Below, one piece after another: positions 27,330-36,663 of a stretch of 46,768 nucleotides of DNA. The position numbers were made by a program, and so were the translations under genes. The DNA comes from Patescibacteria group bacterium (GTDB taxonomy: Bacteria; Patescibacteriota; Minisyncoccia; UBA6257; 2-01-FULL-56-20): the NCBI GenBank assembly GCA_038058095.1, contig JBBUBW010000044.1, positions 1-46,768 on the forward strand. Reading direction: 5' to 3'. The notes beneath the pieces were generated by a model. It did not search any database. It was not told where the DNA came from and worked only from the letters and a program-made list of their open reading frames with translations. How positions within the stretch are numbered: the first letter of the stretch is position 1; every line of letters begins with the position of its first letter.

Positions 27330-28184
27330 CTATCCTCCATGAATTTTCCGGCCAATCGCCTCTAACTCTTTTAATGCGACTCTTGCTTGTTCAGCATTCG
27401 GCGGTATCCCGTGCCACTTATAATCATTCTCCATAAAACTCACGCCTTTCCCCGGAGTCGTGTGCGCGATAATCACCGTTGGCTTTTCATGAATCACCTG
27501 CGCCTCCAAAACCGCGTCCACGATGTCTTCAAAATAATGGCCGTTAATCTCTATCACGTGCCAGTTAAACGCCTCATATTTTTCCCGGAACGGTTCGAGC
27601 GGCATCACCTCTTCCGTGTCTCCGTCAATCTGGATATTATTCCTATCTACCACGACTATTAAATTATTTAACCTGTGTTTCCCCGCGAACATCACCGCCT
27701 CCCAAGTATTCCCCTCTTGGTGCTCACCATCGGAAGTCAGGCAATAAACCCTGTATTTTTTGCTGTCCAATTTTCCAGCCAAAGCAATCCCAATCGCTTG
27801 AGAAATTCCCGAACCAAGCGGACCCGAAGTCGTCTCAAGCCCTGGTAAAGCCTTACGATGTGGGTGCCCCTGGAGTCGCGACCCCAATTTACGTAAGGTT
27901 TTAAGCTCTTCAAGGGGAAAATATCCGGCCCTTGCTAAAGTGGCATAAAGCACCGGACAAATATGTCCGTTTGATAAAACCAATCTATCTCTATCTGGCC
28001 AGCTCGGCTTTTTGGGATTGTGATTTAAAATATGAAAATAAAAAGCGGTGAAAATATCCGCCATTCCTAAAGGTCCGGCCGAATGCCCGGACTTCGCCTC
28101 TAAAAGCATCTTGATGATATCTTGGCGGATCCGATTCGCCGTTTCTTCAAGAAACTTTATTCTTTTATCAAGTAAACCTTCCAT
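27330..28184 (-). CDS. Transketolase, N-terminal (TPP-binding) subunit
   Basis: SGHSAGPLGMADI, GHP...GSLGSGIS-type and SDGEHQEGNTWEA motifs. Confidence 0.9.
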   Translation of the reverse strand: MEGLLDKRIKFLEETANRIRQDIIKMLLEAKSGHSAGPLGMADIFTAFYFHILNHNPKKPSWPDRDRLVLSNGHICPVLYATLARAGYFPLEELKTLRKLGSRLQGHPHRKALPGLETTSGPLGSGISQAIGIALAGKLDSKKYRVYCLTSDGEHQEGNTWEAVMFAGKHRLNNLIVVVDRNNIQIDGDTEEVMPLEPFREKYEAFNWHVIEINGHYFEDIVDAVLEAQVIHEKPTVIIAHTTPGKGVSFMENDYKWHGIPPNAEQARVALKELEAIGRKIHGG

Positions 28185-28188
28185 ATTA

Positions 28189-28623
28189 TTAAATCTTTCT
28201 TTTTTTAAAGACTTTTAATGTAAAAAATATCAATCCTATCAATACAACAACTATCGCCGCAAGGGCGTAGTAAACTTGATCTTTCCATCCCGCCATTTGA
28301 ACTGGCTTACCAATATTCTCCCCAACATATTTATAACCCAACTTTTCACAAATATCTGCGTCTTTCCAACTATCTTCAATCTTTCTGTTGCCGATAGTAA
28401 TAAAATAACTTCCCGATTCCTCTACTGGGTAATACGCCACCCATCCCAAAGGCAACGAAAATTGCTTGTATTCATCTCCTTGCCAATACCCTCCGCACTC
28501 CCGTGTAGTTTCGTTTACGGCCACTCCCCTCATGGCCGGAGCTCCAAAACTAAACGAGGGTGTAAGAAATAAAAAAACAAATAACAAAGCGAACAAATTA
28601 ACTAATCGAAAATATTTAAACAT
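28189..28623 (-). CDS. Hypothetical membrane/secreted protein (144 aa): N-terminal signal/TM and C-terminal TM
   Basis: The start is trimmed to MFKYFRLVNLF. Its ATG overlaps the rpe stop (ATGTTTAA). Confidence 0.55.
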   Translation of the reverse strand: MFKYFRLVNLFALLFVFLFLTPSFSFGAPAMRGVAVNETTRECGGYWQGDEYKQFSLPLGWVAYYPVEESGSYFITIGNRKIEDSWKDADICEKLGYKYVGENIGKPVQMAGWKDQVYYALAAIVVVLIGLIFFTLKVFKKRKI

Positions 28624-29305
28624 GTAAAAGTTCCAAATATGCTTCCTTTGAGTTTTCACTGTCAAAAATATAACTCGCTGCTGTGAGTATGTCTGCCCCC
28701 GCCTCTTTCGCTAAACGAGCCGTTTCCAAATTCACACCTCCATCCACTTCTATTTTAGCATTTGGGAAATGATGCCGCAAAAATCGCGCCTTCTCCAAAA
28801 CTGTCGGCAAAAATTTTTGCCCCGCCAAACCCGGATTAACCGCCAAAACCTGAAAAGCGGCGAATTCCTCTAAATAAGACTCCGATTCTTTTAGTTTTGT
28901 TTCGGGATTGGTTGCGAGCATCACTTCCGCCCCAAACTTTGAACATTGCTTAAAAATATCTCTTATCACTTCCTCCGGCGCCATTTTTGGATGCCTGAAT
29001 TTTTTATCCAATATCGCCTCGAGATGTACTATCACCCGTTTCACTCCAGCTTCAAGCCATTTGCCCACAACTTTCTCCGGCTCTTCAACCATCAAATGCG
29101 CCTCAATTTTAAAATTAAATTCCGGATGGGCTTTTAAAAGTTTTTTAAGCTCTTCCGGATTGCCCCAAGTTTTGTTGTAAGTGAATTTTGCGTCTGTCAC
29201 GTCAATATGAATCCAATCTCCCTCAATTAAAAACTTGCTAGCCTCAAGAAACTTGTGCGACACACACGCCATCTCTAAACAATTAATCGCCGGAATAATT
29301 CTCAT
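28616..29305 (-). CDS. rpe: Ribulose-phosphate 3-epimerase
   Basis: HIDVTD, LAVNPGLAGQKF and IEVDGGVN motifs. Confidence 0.85.
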   Translation of the reverse strand: MRIIPAINCLEMACVSHKFLEASKFLIEGDWIHIDVTDAKFTYNKTWGNPEELKKLLKAHPEFNFKIEAHLMVEEPEKVVGKWLEAGVKRVIVHLEAILDKKFRHPKMAPEEVIRDIFKQCSKFGAEVMLATNPETKLKESESYLEEFAAFQVLAVNPGLAGQKFLPTVLEKARFLRHHFPNAKIEVDGGVNLETARLAKEAGADILTAASYIFDSENSKEAYLELLHV

Positions 29306-29309
29306 TTGA

Positions 29310-29762
29310 TTAATTTTGTCCTTTTTCTATTTCTGAAATTTTTTCTATCCTCCTCTTATATCGCTCCTCTCCCGAAAATTGAGTCTCTAGAAAAACTTTA
29401 AGCATCGCGCTAGCTTCTTCATCTTTCGTAAAATTCGCGGCGATACTTAAAACATTTACGTCGTCATCCGATCTCGCCGCTTTAACTTGCTCCGGCGAAA
29501 TTCCCAAAACCGACCGCACTCCGGCAAATTTATTCGCCACCACGTCCACCCCCGCTCCCGATCCGCAAATCACCACACCTTTACTATTTAACGGATCAGC
29601 GCTCACTCGAGCCGCAACTTGCGCGGCAAAATCGGGATAGTCATCCCCTTCGTCGTAAACTTTATTGCCTAAATCAACTACTTCAAAATTCTCCTCCAAC
29701 TGCTTCTTCAAAATTTCTTTAAGATTAAACCCTCGATGATCCGCCCCAAAATAAACCTTCAT
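29310..29762 (-). CDS. rpiB: Ribose-5-phosphate isomerase B
   Basis: MKVYFGADHRGF..., VICGSGAGVDVVANK. The start is trimmed to the ATG at 29762. Confidence 0.85.
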   Translation of the reverse strand: MKVYFGADHRGFNLKEILKKQLEENFEVVDLGNKVYDEGDDYPDFAAQVAARVSADPLNSKGVVICGSGAGVDVVANKFAGVRSVLGISPEQVKAARSDDDVNVLSIAANFTKDEEASAMLKVFLETQFSGEERYKRRIEKISEIEKGQN

Positions 29763-29771
29763 ATTAAATAA

Positions 29772-29777
29772 ATTATA
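29772..29777 (-). promoter_or_regulatory. Extended -10 (TGgTATAAT), 9 nt upstream of the rpiB ATG
   Basis: Minus strand reads GTTTGTGGTATAATttatttaatATG. The same GTTTGTGGTATAAT string recurs at 40862-40875. Confidence 0.5.
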
Positions 29778-29783
29778 CCACAA

Positions 29784-29817
29784 ACTAAAATCCCCGGCTT
29801 TAACTAGGGATTTTAGT
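29784..29817 (-). terminator. Hairpin after the 602-aa gene
   Basis: ACTAAAATCCC-12 nt-GGGATTTTAGT followed by TTTG. Confidence 0.5.
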
Positions 29818-29839
29818 TATCGTTTCTTGTTATGGGTTA

Positions 29840-31648
29840 TCAGTTATTAGCCGCTGCTATCACATTCACATTGAAACTATAACCATCAGATCCACCCCTA
29901 CCATCCGAGACAGTCACTGTCACTAGGTAATTACCTGCGCTACTCCAAGTATGCCCAGTATTGAAATTCCAGCAATTCGGATTTGATCCGACAGATGTAT
30001 AACAAGTAACCGCCGGATAAACTACTTCATTGCCGCCCCAGTTCACATTCCAAAATAATCTATCCCCATCCGCATCTGTCGCTGACCAAGAAAAATTCGC
30101 TTGCTGTCCGGCTATAATCTGTGAAGGTCCCGTAGTTACTGTTATCTTCGGCCATGAATTAGTCTGCGTTGTATTCCCCACCGCCACACTCATACTCGTA
30201 TTTGCTGTTTGATTATGATCGTCCGTCACATAGAAAACCGGCGTATAATTTCCCGCTGTGTTATATGAATGCGTAAACGTCGCTGTGTTTTGCACCGACA
30301 TCGTTCTTGGAGCAGTTGCTCCTCCCAAAGCCATCACTGATTCGTCTCCCCAAACCACCGAATAACTCAAACTGCCATTTTCGGGATCATACGCTTTTAC
30401 CGTCCACGTCCCGGTCTCGCCAACTTTCAAATTCGTCGGCCCACTCACGCCAGAAACCACCGGCGGGTTATTTATGACAGTAGTAGAATCAGACCCAATC
30501 GTAAACACCCCGCTCCGTCCGCTAAACCCTCCGCTCATCGCCGAAACCGTAATAATCATCTTGCCTTGATACTGGCTCGCTAAATCCGCCGGAATCGTCC
30601 AAGTGAAATATCCGTTGTTATCGGTTTTTTCTGCAATCACGTACGGTTGAATTTCCGCCATCATGCACCTCGCCGGCCCCTCATAAAGACAGGCGATATA
30701 TTGATGGAGTGTAATCGTAACCGGTCCAATCGCCACAAAATTACTACTCGCCGCTCCGGTAGCCGGAGCCGTTATAGTCGGCCAAATTTGATTCCAAGCA
30801 ATTTTATAAGTCTGCCCCAACTGCCAATTTTCTCCCGCTGAAGGTGAATAGACTCTTATTCCTTGGTTTGGAATTGGAACCGGCGGCGGTGTTGGGCAAG
30901 GATAAATCTGCCCACCGCCAATCATGGTCGGCCCTATCACTCCTTCAATTTTAGTGCGAGTGCTATCATCAAGTTCTCCCGTCGCAGTCAATCCATTTTT
31001 TTCCTGAAACCTAGTAACTGCTTTTTTAGTCAGCTGGCCATAATATCCAGTCACCAAACCCTCCGGATAAACCTGTTTATCCGTTGCTAAATATTGCTGG
31101 ACAACTTTCACATCCTCTCCCGTAGAACCAATTTTCGCGTTCGCCGGAAGAATACATCCATATCCTTCGGCATAAACTTTTTTAGCGATAAATCCGGTAA
31201 AACCGCCCTCAATATTTTGATATTGAAGTTGACCCCAAAGCGTTACCTTCTGCCCTTCGTATTTTTTTAGCTGTGCCAAAACATCATCATTCACCGCTTT
31301 TACTAAATACGATTTCTGGTCGGCATAAAATATCTCGTGGGTCCCCCACATCTGAATCGAAACTGTTCCTCTTGTGTTTTGAGACCGGAGCTCGCCAACC
31401 ACCGTATACCAACCCTGATCCGGTGTGGGCATCGGCATTGGCGTTAGCATTGGAACCGGCTGTGTTTGGTTTCGCAAGGCATCCAGTTTCACCTGCAACT
31501 CCTTGATTAACCCCATCAAATACTCAATCTGCTTCTGAAACGCCTCAAGCGAAACATTGCTCGTCTCGGCTACAACCCGACCCGCTGGTATAACGACCGA
31601 AAAAGCAAAAACACTTAAAAACAAAACTAAAATTATTTTTTTACTCAT
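29840..31648 (-). CDS. Secreted protein (602 aa): coiled coil, peptidoglycan-binding (PG_binding_1-like) domain, PKD-like domains
   Basis: Signal peptide; GSTGEDVKVVQQYLA...GYYGQLTKKAVTRFQEKNGL; PKD-like VVWGDE... and WNVNWGG... repeats. Confidence 0.8.
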   Translation of the reverse strand: MSKKIILVLFLSVFAFSVVIPAGRVVAETSNVSLEAFQKQIEYLMGLIKELQVKLDALRNQTQPVPMLTPMPMPTPDQGWYTVVGELRSQNTRGTVSIQMWGTHEIFYADQKSYLVKAVNDDVLAQLKKYEGQKVTLWGQLQYQNIEGGFTGFIAKKVYAEGYGCILPANAKIGSTGEDVKVVQQYLATDKQVYPEGLVTGYYGQLTKKAVTRFQEKNGLTATGELDDSTRTKIEGVIGPTMIGGGQIYPCPTPPPVPIPNQGIRVYSPSAGENWQLGQTYKIAWNQIWPTITAPATGAASSNFVAIGPVTITLHQYIACLYEGPARCMMAEIQPYVIAEKTDNNGYFTWTIPADLASQYQGKMIITVSAMSGGFSGRSGVFTIGSDSTTVINNPPVVSGVSGPTNLKVGETGTWTVKAYDPENGSLSYSVVWGDESVMALGGATAPRTMSVQNTATFTHSYNTAGNYTPVFYVTDDHNQTANTSMSVAVGNTTQTNSWPKITVTTGPSQIIAGQQANFSWSATDADGDRLFWNVNWGGNEVVYPAVTCYTSVGSNPNCWNFNTGHTWSSAGNYLVTVTVSDGRGGSDGYSFNVNVIAAANN

Positions 31649-31806
31649 ACGATTAGATTTTATTAATGAAGAATGAATTTAGAAAATCAATCGTCCCGAG
31701 GAACTTCGGCGACGAGGGATTACCTTAAGTTCTACCTCAATTAATTTTTATTTGTATTACCTCTCGACTTTTTATATTTGATTTTTGACCTTTAATATAT
31801 AAGTAG

Positions 31807-31833
31807 ATTATACCCCCCCCTCAAAAATTACAA
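31807..31833 (-). promoter_or_regulatory. Promoter-like element TTGTAA-TTTTTGA-G8-TATAAT upstream of the 602-aa gene
   Basis: Minus strand reads CTTGTAATTTTTGAGGGGGGGGTATAAT. C8 lies at 31813-31820 on the plus strand. Confidence 0.5.
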
Positions 31834-31974
31834 GTATTTTCAGCTCGAGTTAGTTTTGCTATCTGCTACGTGCCTTATGTTTTGTGGTATGTGCTATGCG
31901 ATTCGTGTCCTTAGCTAATAATACGCAAAAACAGACAAAACGCTACACGCCAGAGTCCGTCAAGAAACCGCACA

Positions 31975-32005
31975 AATCCAACCCCGCGTAAAGCGGGGTT
32001 GGATT
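31975..32005 (-). terminator. Terminator hairpin of the 969-aa gene
   Basis: 13-bp stem AATCCAACCCCGC / GCGGGGTTGGATT, 33 nt after the stop. Confidence 0.7.
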
Positions 32006-32037
32006 GCACACGTCTTTTATACCAGTAGTAACCAATT

Positions 32038-34947
32038 TTAGAACACTAACCTCACCAAATTGCTATCCTTCACCCATCCATCCGCTCCGGTAGTGTAATT
32101 GACATACCAGTAGGTTCCGTCTCCTCCGGATGATGGTCCATCCGTAATGGTTCCCATCGCTCCGTAGTATTGAGTCCCGGCAATAGAGTTGGGGTTGCTA
32201 GCGCTAGTTCTCACATCTACCGTCTGGGCATTCATCACAGTGTATCCGGTCTTAAGCTCTCTTGATGAGATTAAGAAGACTCCGCTCGGCGCAGTTTGTC
32301 CGGTAGTCCCAGCCGGACTCACATAGATCACTTGCTGCTGACTTAAGGTTGAAAAACTTAACAAGGCTTCAGGAATCGTCCAGTTATACGTTCCTCTATT
32401 TGGTAGATTTCTCACTATGTAACCTCCGCTGGCCAGTTGGATATCTACCGACTGAATTGTAGCCGGAGCGGTCCAACTGATTGTTCTCATCTCACCTACT
32501 CTCCAAATTTCGCCCGCTAAAGGAGCGGTGACGGTGATGCCGCCAATCGTTATTGTTGAAGTTGAGATTGGAGTTGAAGTCGTATTTTGAGGAGGATTAT
32601 TCCCGGGCGCCTGCAGATAATTCGCATCCGTCCAAAGTGTTGGCCGGCTACTTGGGTAATCATAACCAACCTGCCACCAGCAAACATTATTCTGCCGTTG
32701 AGGCCCGTTCCTCACTGTGCCAAGTCTCCCGTTCAACGATAAATCCCCCCCAAGATTCCCGCCGGGCGGATCACTATAACTAAAAGCCATCGCGGGAAAA
32801 GTGGTAGGTGAAACCATCACCCTATCTCCTGGAATAAATTTCGCTTCACAAGATGGCACGGTAACCGGCACATCATTTCCGGGTGTCCCCGCTCCAAATA
32901 AATCTTCTTCTCGCGACCATCCCCGTAAAATCGGCATAGATGGCGGTGTATAAATCACTCGGTACCACCACTTACCTCCGACAAATTCCGCCCACCCCAT
33001 CGTACCTACCGTATTAGCCCACCACCTCCCAACCGCAGGACCGTTCGGGTTCACCCCTTCCCCAATCACCCTTCCTCCCTGCGGCGATAAATAAATCGTG
33101 GTTGTGCTGTTTGGCGTAAATGGGGCACCCAATAAACCGCCATCAAATCTCGGTTTACTCCTATCACTCACAATCCAGTTTCCGACTGACCACCCTTGAA
33201 AACCGCTATCCCAACTCACCTGCCACCAAACAAAATCATTAGTCGCAGTCGGTCCGGATATCAACACTCCCTGATTACCTCCTTTAACAGTTCCAATCGG
33301 GCTTGGGTCCCCGTAAAAAGGATATCCGCTTACTGGCACTGACCCTCTCGCGCTAAGACTACTAGCCACACTATTGGGAATCCACACGCACTCCCCCTCC
33401 ACAAATCTATTTTGAGACGAAAGTTGAGCAGCTGAAAGCGGCGGGCACATTTCTTCAATTTGAGACTCTTTCACCCAACCCACAGTACCACCAGGAAAAG
33501 CAATTCTCACCCACCACTCCCCTCCCCAAAACACGACAGGATTCCCCATGATTTTAAAATTCGGGATAGATTCATCTGAAACCTTGCCGATTGAAAACTT
33601 TAACTTAATACCAAAATCAGTCGGCGGGGCGCTGTTATTGGTCGCCGGGTCCACGCCTCCTAAAAGATTCATCACCGTAACAGTCCCCTTTGTTCTTATT
33701 TTAGTGCCGGGCGCAAAGCGAGTTAGTATCGCCTGGTCTAGAACTCCCACGCTCGTCATCGCCGTCCCCTTAACTCCCGAAGCATTATCTGTTGCCGTAA
33801 ATTTAATACTATATATTCCTCCTGCTTTATATTTATGAGTTGCTATCTTAGTTGAACCATTCGCCGCAGCGTCTGGAACAAAATTCTCTTTCGCCCCGTC
33901 GCCCCAATCTACCGTAAACGTATATGAAACCCCGGCGCTAATAACCAATAAAGACCACTGACCGTCTTGGTCTGGTGATAAAGTAAGCGGTCCGGCTATC
34001 GTTGGCTTGAAAAACGCTTTGCCTCCGATAGTCGCTCCTCCCGGAGGAGGATTTCCGGTAGTCGACGGTGTCACCGTAACCGTTGCCGTAGCGGTACCCA
34101 CCGCCCCCCAAACGTCCTGGCAGCTAAACGTTATTGTATAACTGCCGGCTTGGACATAAAAATGGCTGTCTTCATAATCTTCTACTCCATCTCCCCATTT
34201 TGTTTTATTGCACGAATACGAACCACCCTCCGGATCCATCACGCTCCACGTCCAAAATCCGCCTTCATACGCCTCAAGTGTCGCTGGCCCCGAAGGCGTT
34301 ACAACTGGCGGTTGATTTTGTGTCGGAGAACTAGTTTTTTCTAACCAACTCCCCTCCGCCATAAAAAGCATCACATTAGTCATGCCTGGAAGATTACACG
34401 TCACACCCCACCAATAATAACCATCCGCCATCGTCGGCCCTTTTTTAAGGTTGCACAGCACCCCCGAATTTATCGTTTTATAAACCCCACCCGTAAGGCT
34501 AGGACTAACTCGCAAATTAACAGAAGCTTTCGTTAAAACCCAATCTCCAATCTTATACGCGCTCGGTGCCGCAATCGGTACTTTTTCAAGCGATGCCTCA
34601 TCTGACCATCCCATTAATCCATCTTTCCATTTAACTTGCCACTTACCCGAATGAGGCCAATTTTGAATAATACCCGTATTCCCCGCCACTTCGCTTCCAA
34701 GAACCTTAGCTGACCCACTCCCAAAATTTGAATTATCATACCAAGACCAGACGTCTAATTTTGGAACACTGCTTATCACTCGCACCTCGTCGTAAACGCT
34801 AAATTTATAAGTCACAGCTGAAACTTTATTGCCGATTAAAAATAAAGTTCCTGCCACAACCAAAAACCCGACCGCAAAAACAAGCAAAGCGCTGCCCCGT
34901 TCTAACTTGCGATAGCAATTTGGAGACTGGGCAATTGTTTTTTTCAT
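32038..34947 (-). CDS. Large membrane-anchored surface protein (969 aa) with multiple SH3b-like (W-rich) and PKD-like domains
   Basis: N-terminal TM (ALLVFAVGFLVVAGTLFLIG); repeated ...WW.V....G..GW... SH3b-like units; PKD-like KWGDG and VDWGDG units. Confidence 0.8.
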   Translation of the reverse strand: MKKTIAQSPNCYRKLERGSALLVFAVGFLVVAGTLFLIGNKVSAVTYKFSVYDEVRVISSVPKLDVWSWYDNSNFGSGSAKVLGSEVAGNTGIIQNWPHSGKWQVKWKDGLMGWSDEASLEKVPIAAPSAYKIGDWVLTKASVNLRVSPSLTGGVYKTINSGVLCNLKKGPTMADGYYWWGVTCNLPGMTNVMLFMAEGSWLEKTSSPTQNQPPVVTPSGPATLEAYEGGFWTWSVMDPEGGSYSCNKTKWGDGVEDYEDSHFYVQAGSYTITFSCQDVWGAVGTATATVTVTPSTTGNPPPGGATIGGKAFFKPTIAGPLTLSPDQDGQWSLLVISAGVSYTFTVDWGDGAKENFVPDAAANGSTKIATHKYKAGGIYSIKFTATDNASGVKGTAMTSVGVLDQAILTRFAPGTKIRTKGTVTVMNLLGGVDPATNNSAPPTDFGIKLKFSIGKVSDESIPNFKIMGNPVVFWGGEWWVRIAFPGGTVGWVKESQIEEMCPPLSAAQLSSQNRFVEGECVWIPNSVASSLSARGSVPVSGYPFYGDPSPIGTVKGGNQGVLISGPTATNDFVWWQVSWDSGFQGWSVGNWIVSDRSKPRFDGGLLGAPFTPNSTTTIYLSPQGGRVIGEGVNPNGPAVGRWWANTVGTMGWAEFVGGKWWYRVIYTPPSMPILRGWSREEDLFGAGTPGNDVPVTVPSCEAKFIPGDRVMVSPTTFPAMAFSYSDPPGGNLGGDLSLNGRLGTVRNGPQRQNNVCWWQVGYDYPSSRPTLWTDANYLQAPGNNPPQNTTSTPISTSTITIGGITVTAPLAGEIWRVGEMRTISWTAPATIQSVDIQLASGGYIVRNLPNRGTYNWTIPEALLSFSTLSQQQVIYVSPAGTTGQTAPSGVFLISSRELKTGYTVMNAQTVDVRTSASNPNSIAGTQYYGAMGTITDGPSSGGDGTYWYVNYTTGADGWVKDSNLVRLVF

Positions 34948-35169
34948 CCCTCACCCTTTATAATTTGGTTAATAAAAATATTTAGACCTTTTTGATTTAT
35001 AATAAAATCGAAACTATACTCCCCTCACTTTTAACTTCCAAAAAATAGTGAGGGATTTAAACAGTCCTTTCGAACCTTTACCCTCCTAAGTTTTGAACAC
35101 AAAATTTTAGAGGGTTTTTAAAATTATACTCCTTGTCTCCTATTATTAATAGTTGATATCCCCACCCTA

Positions 35170-35197
35170 AATTAGCCCCGTTTTAACGGGGCTAATT
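35170..35197 (-). terminator. Hairpin after gap
   Basis: ATTAGCCCCG-6 nt-CGGGGCTAAT. Confidence 0.55.
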
Positions 35198-35212
35198 TTA
35201 GTGATTATCTAT

Positions 35213-36262
35213 TTACGTCACCGCCGCCACTCCCTCTACATGCTTAATCAAAGTCGCCACATACCCCGCCTCATTATCGTACCAAGACAAAACTTTCACA
35301 AAATCCCCGTCGATTACTTTCGTAAAAGAAAGATCCGCAATCGCTCCGTAGGGCATGCCGACTATATCCGACGAAACCAACTGCTCGCTCGTCACTTTCA
35401 TAATCCCCTGCCAGCGCGGACTCGCCGCTGCATCCGTTAAAATTTTATTGATTTCCTCTGCTGTGGTTTTCCGCTTCGCCAAAAATGTAATGTCCGCAAT
35501 CGAACCCGTCACCACCGGTACCCGAAAAGCCACTCCATCGAACTTTCCCACTAAATCCGGAATCGCTCGCGTCACCGCAATCGCCGCGCCCGTAGTCGAT
35601 GGCGTAATATTTTGCGCCGCCGCCCGTCCACGCCGGAAATCACTCCCTTTAACCGGTCCGTCCACGATTGATTGCGTCGCCGTGTATCCGTGCACGGTGC
35701 TCAAAATCGCTTTCACTATTCCAGGATTCTCACTTAGAACCTGAATCACCGGCGAAGCCGCGTTTGTAGTGCAAGATCCGTTCGAAGTTAGAGCCACAGT
35801 TTTCAAATCACTCTCATTTACTCCCATCAAAACCGTCTTCCCCAAAGTTCCATCCGCATCCTTAGCCGGTGCCGTTATTACTACTCGCTTCGCTCCGGCT
35901 TGAATATGCACCTGCGCCTTCTCATAAGACTCAAATACTCCCGTCGCCTCGACTACTATATCTATTCCCATTTTCCCCCAAGGTAACTGCGTCGCATCCT
36001 TAATCTGCGTAAATTGAACCTCCTTGCCGTTAACAATCAATTTACCTCCAACTTCTAACTTCTCACATCTAACATCAGCATTCCACGTCCCATAAACCGT
36101 GTCGTACTTTAATAAGTAGGCAAGATTCTCAAGGTCGCCCAAATCGTTAATTGCCACAATTTCAAATCCAAGACCTGCTGCGTCCTCCGTAAATTTATCG
36201 AAGGCGGACCTAAGAAACAACCTCCCGATCCTCCCAAACCCATTAATAGCTATTTTCGCCAT
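35213..36262 (-). CDS. gap: Type I glyceraldehyde-3-phosphate dehydrogenase
   Basis: INGFGRIGR, catalytic SCTTN, WYDNE. Confidence 0.95.
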   Translation of the reverse strand: MAKIAINGFGRIGRLFLRSAFDKFTEDAAGLGFEIVAINDLGDLENLAYLLKYDTVYGTWNADVRCEKLEVGGKLIVNGKEVQFTQIKDATQLPWGKMGIDIVVEATGVFESYEKAQVHIQAGAKRVVITAPAKDADGTLGKTVLMGVNESDLKTVALTSNGSCTTNAASPVIQVLSENPGIVKAILSTVHGYTATQSIVDGPVKGSDFRRGRAAAQNITPSTTGAAIAVTRAIPDLVGKFDGVAFRVPVVTGSIADITFLAKRKTTAEEINKILTDAAASPRWQGIMKVTSEQLVSSDIVGMPYGAIADLSFTKVIDGDFVKVLSWYDNEAGYVATLIKHVEGVAAVT

Positions 36263-36274
36263 GTTATGGAAAAA

Positions 36275-36655
36275 CTAATCCTTTCTGGATTTTACTAAAA
36301 CTTCCTCAATTTTCTGAACCCGTCTTTCAAGCGTCTTCAACCGCTCAAGATCAGCTTTAGCCGTTAACGTTCTCCTTAAATCATCAATCTCTCGCCTTAT
36401 CAACTTAAGCTCATCGTCAATCCTCGATAAGTAGTCGAAAACTGACCGGAAATTGCTGCGCGTTTCTTCTTGAAACTCGCCGAACTTTCCGTCTAAGCCA
36501 TCAAATTTTTCCTCTAAACCATCGACCCTAACCGTAAGCCCCTGCTGCCCCTCAAGTAATGTGTCGAGCTTGCCATCAATATCCTCCAAAATAACCCCGA
36601 ACTGGCGCGAGGATTGATCCGTGTTCTTATTTTTAGATTTCTTATCCTTAGTCAT
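36275..36655 (-). CDS. Hypothetical coiled-coil protein (126 aa from the ATG)
   Basis: Heptad-rich sequence (LEGQQGLTVRVDGLEEKFDGLDGKF...). The longer ORF would need a TTG start. Confidence 0.5.
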   Translation of the reverse strand: MTKDKKSKNKNTDQSSRQFGVILEDIDGKLDTLLEGQQGLTVRVDGLEEKFDGLDGKFGEFQEETRSNFRSVFDYLSRIDDELKLIRREIDDLRRTLTAKADLERLKTLERRVQKIEEVLVKSRKD

Positions 36656-36663
36656 ATTTAAAA

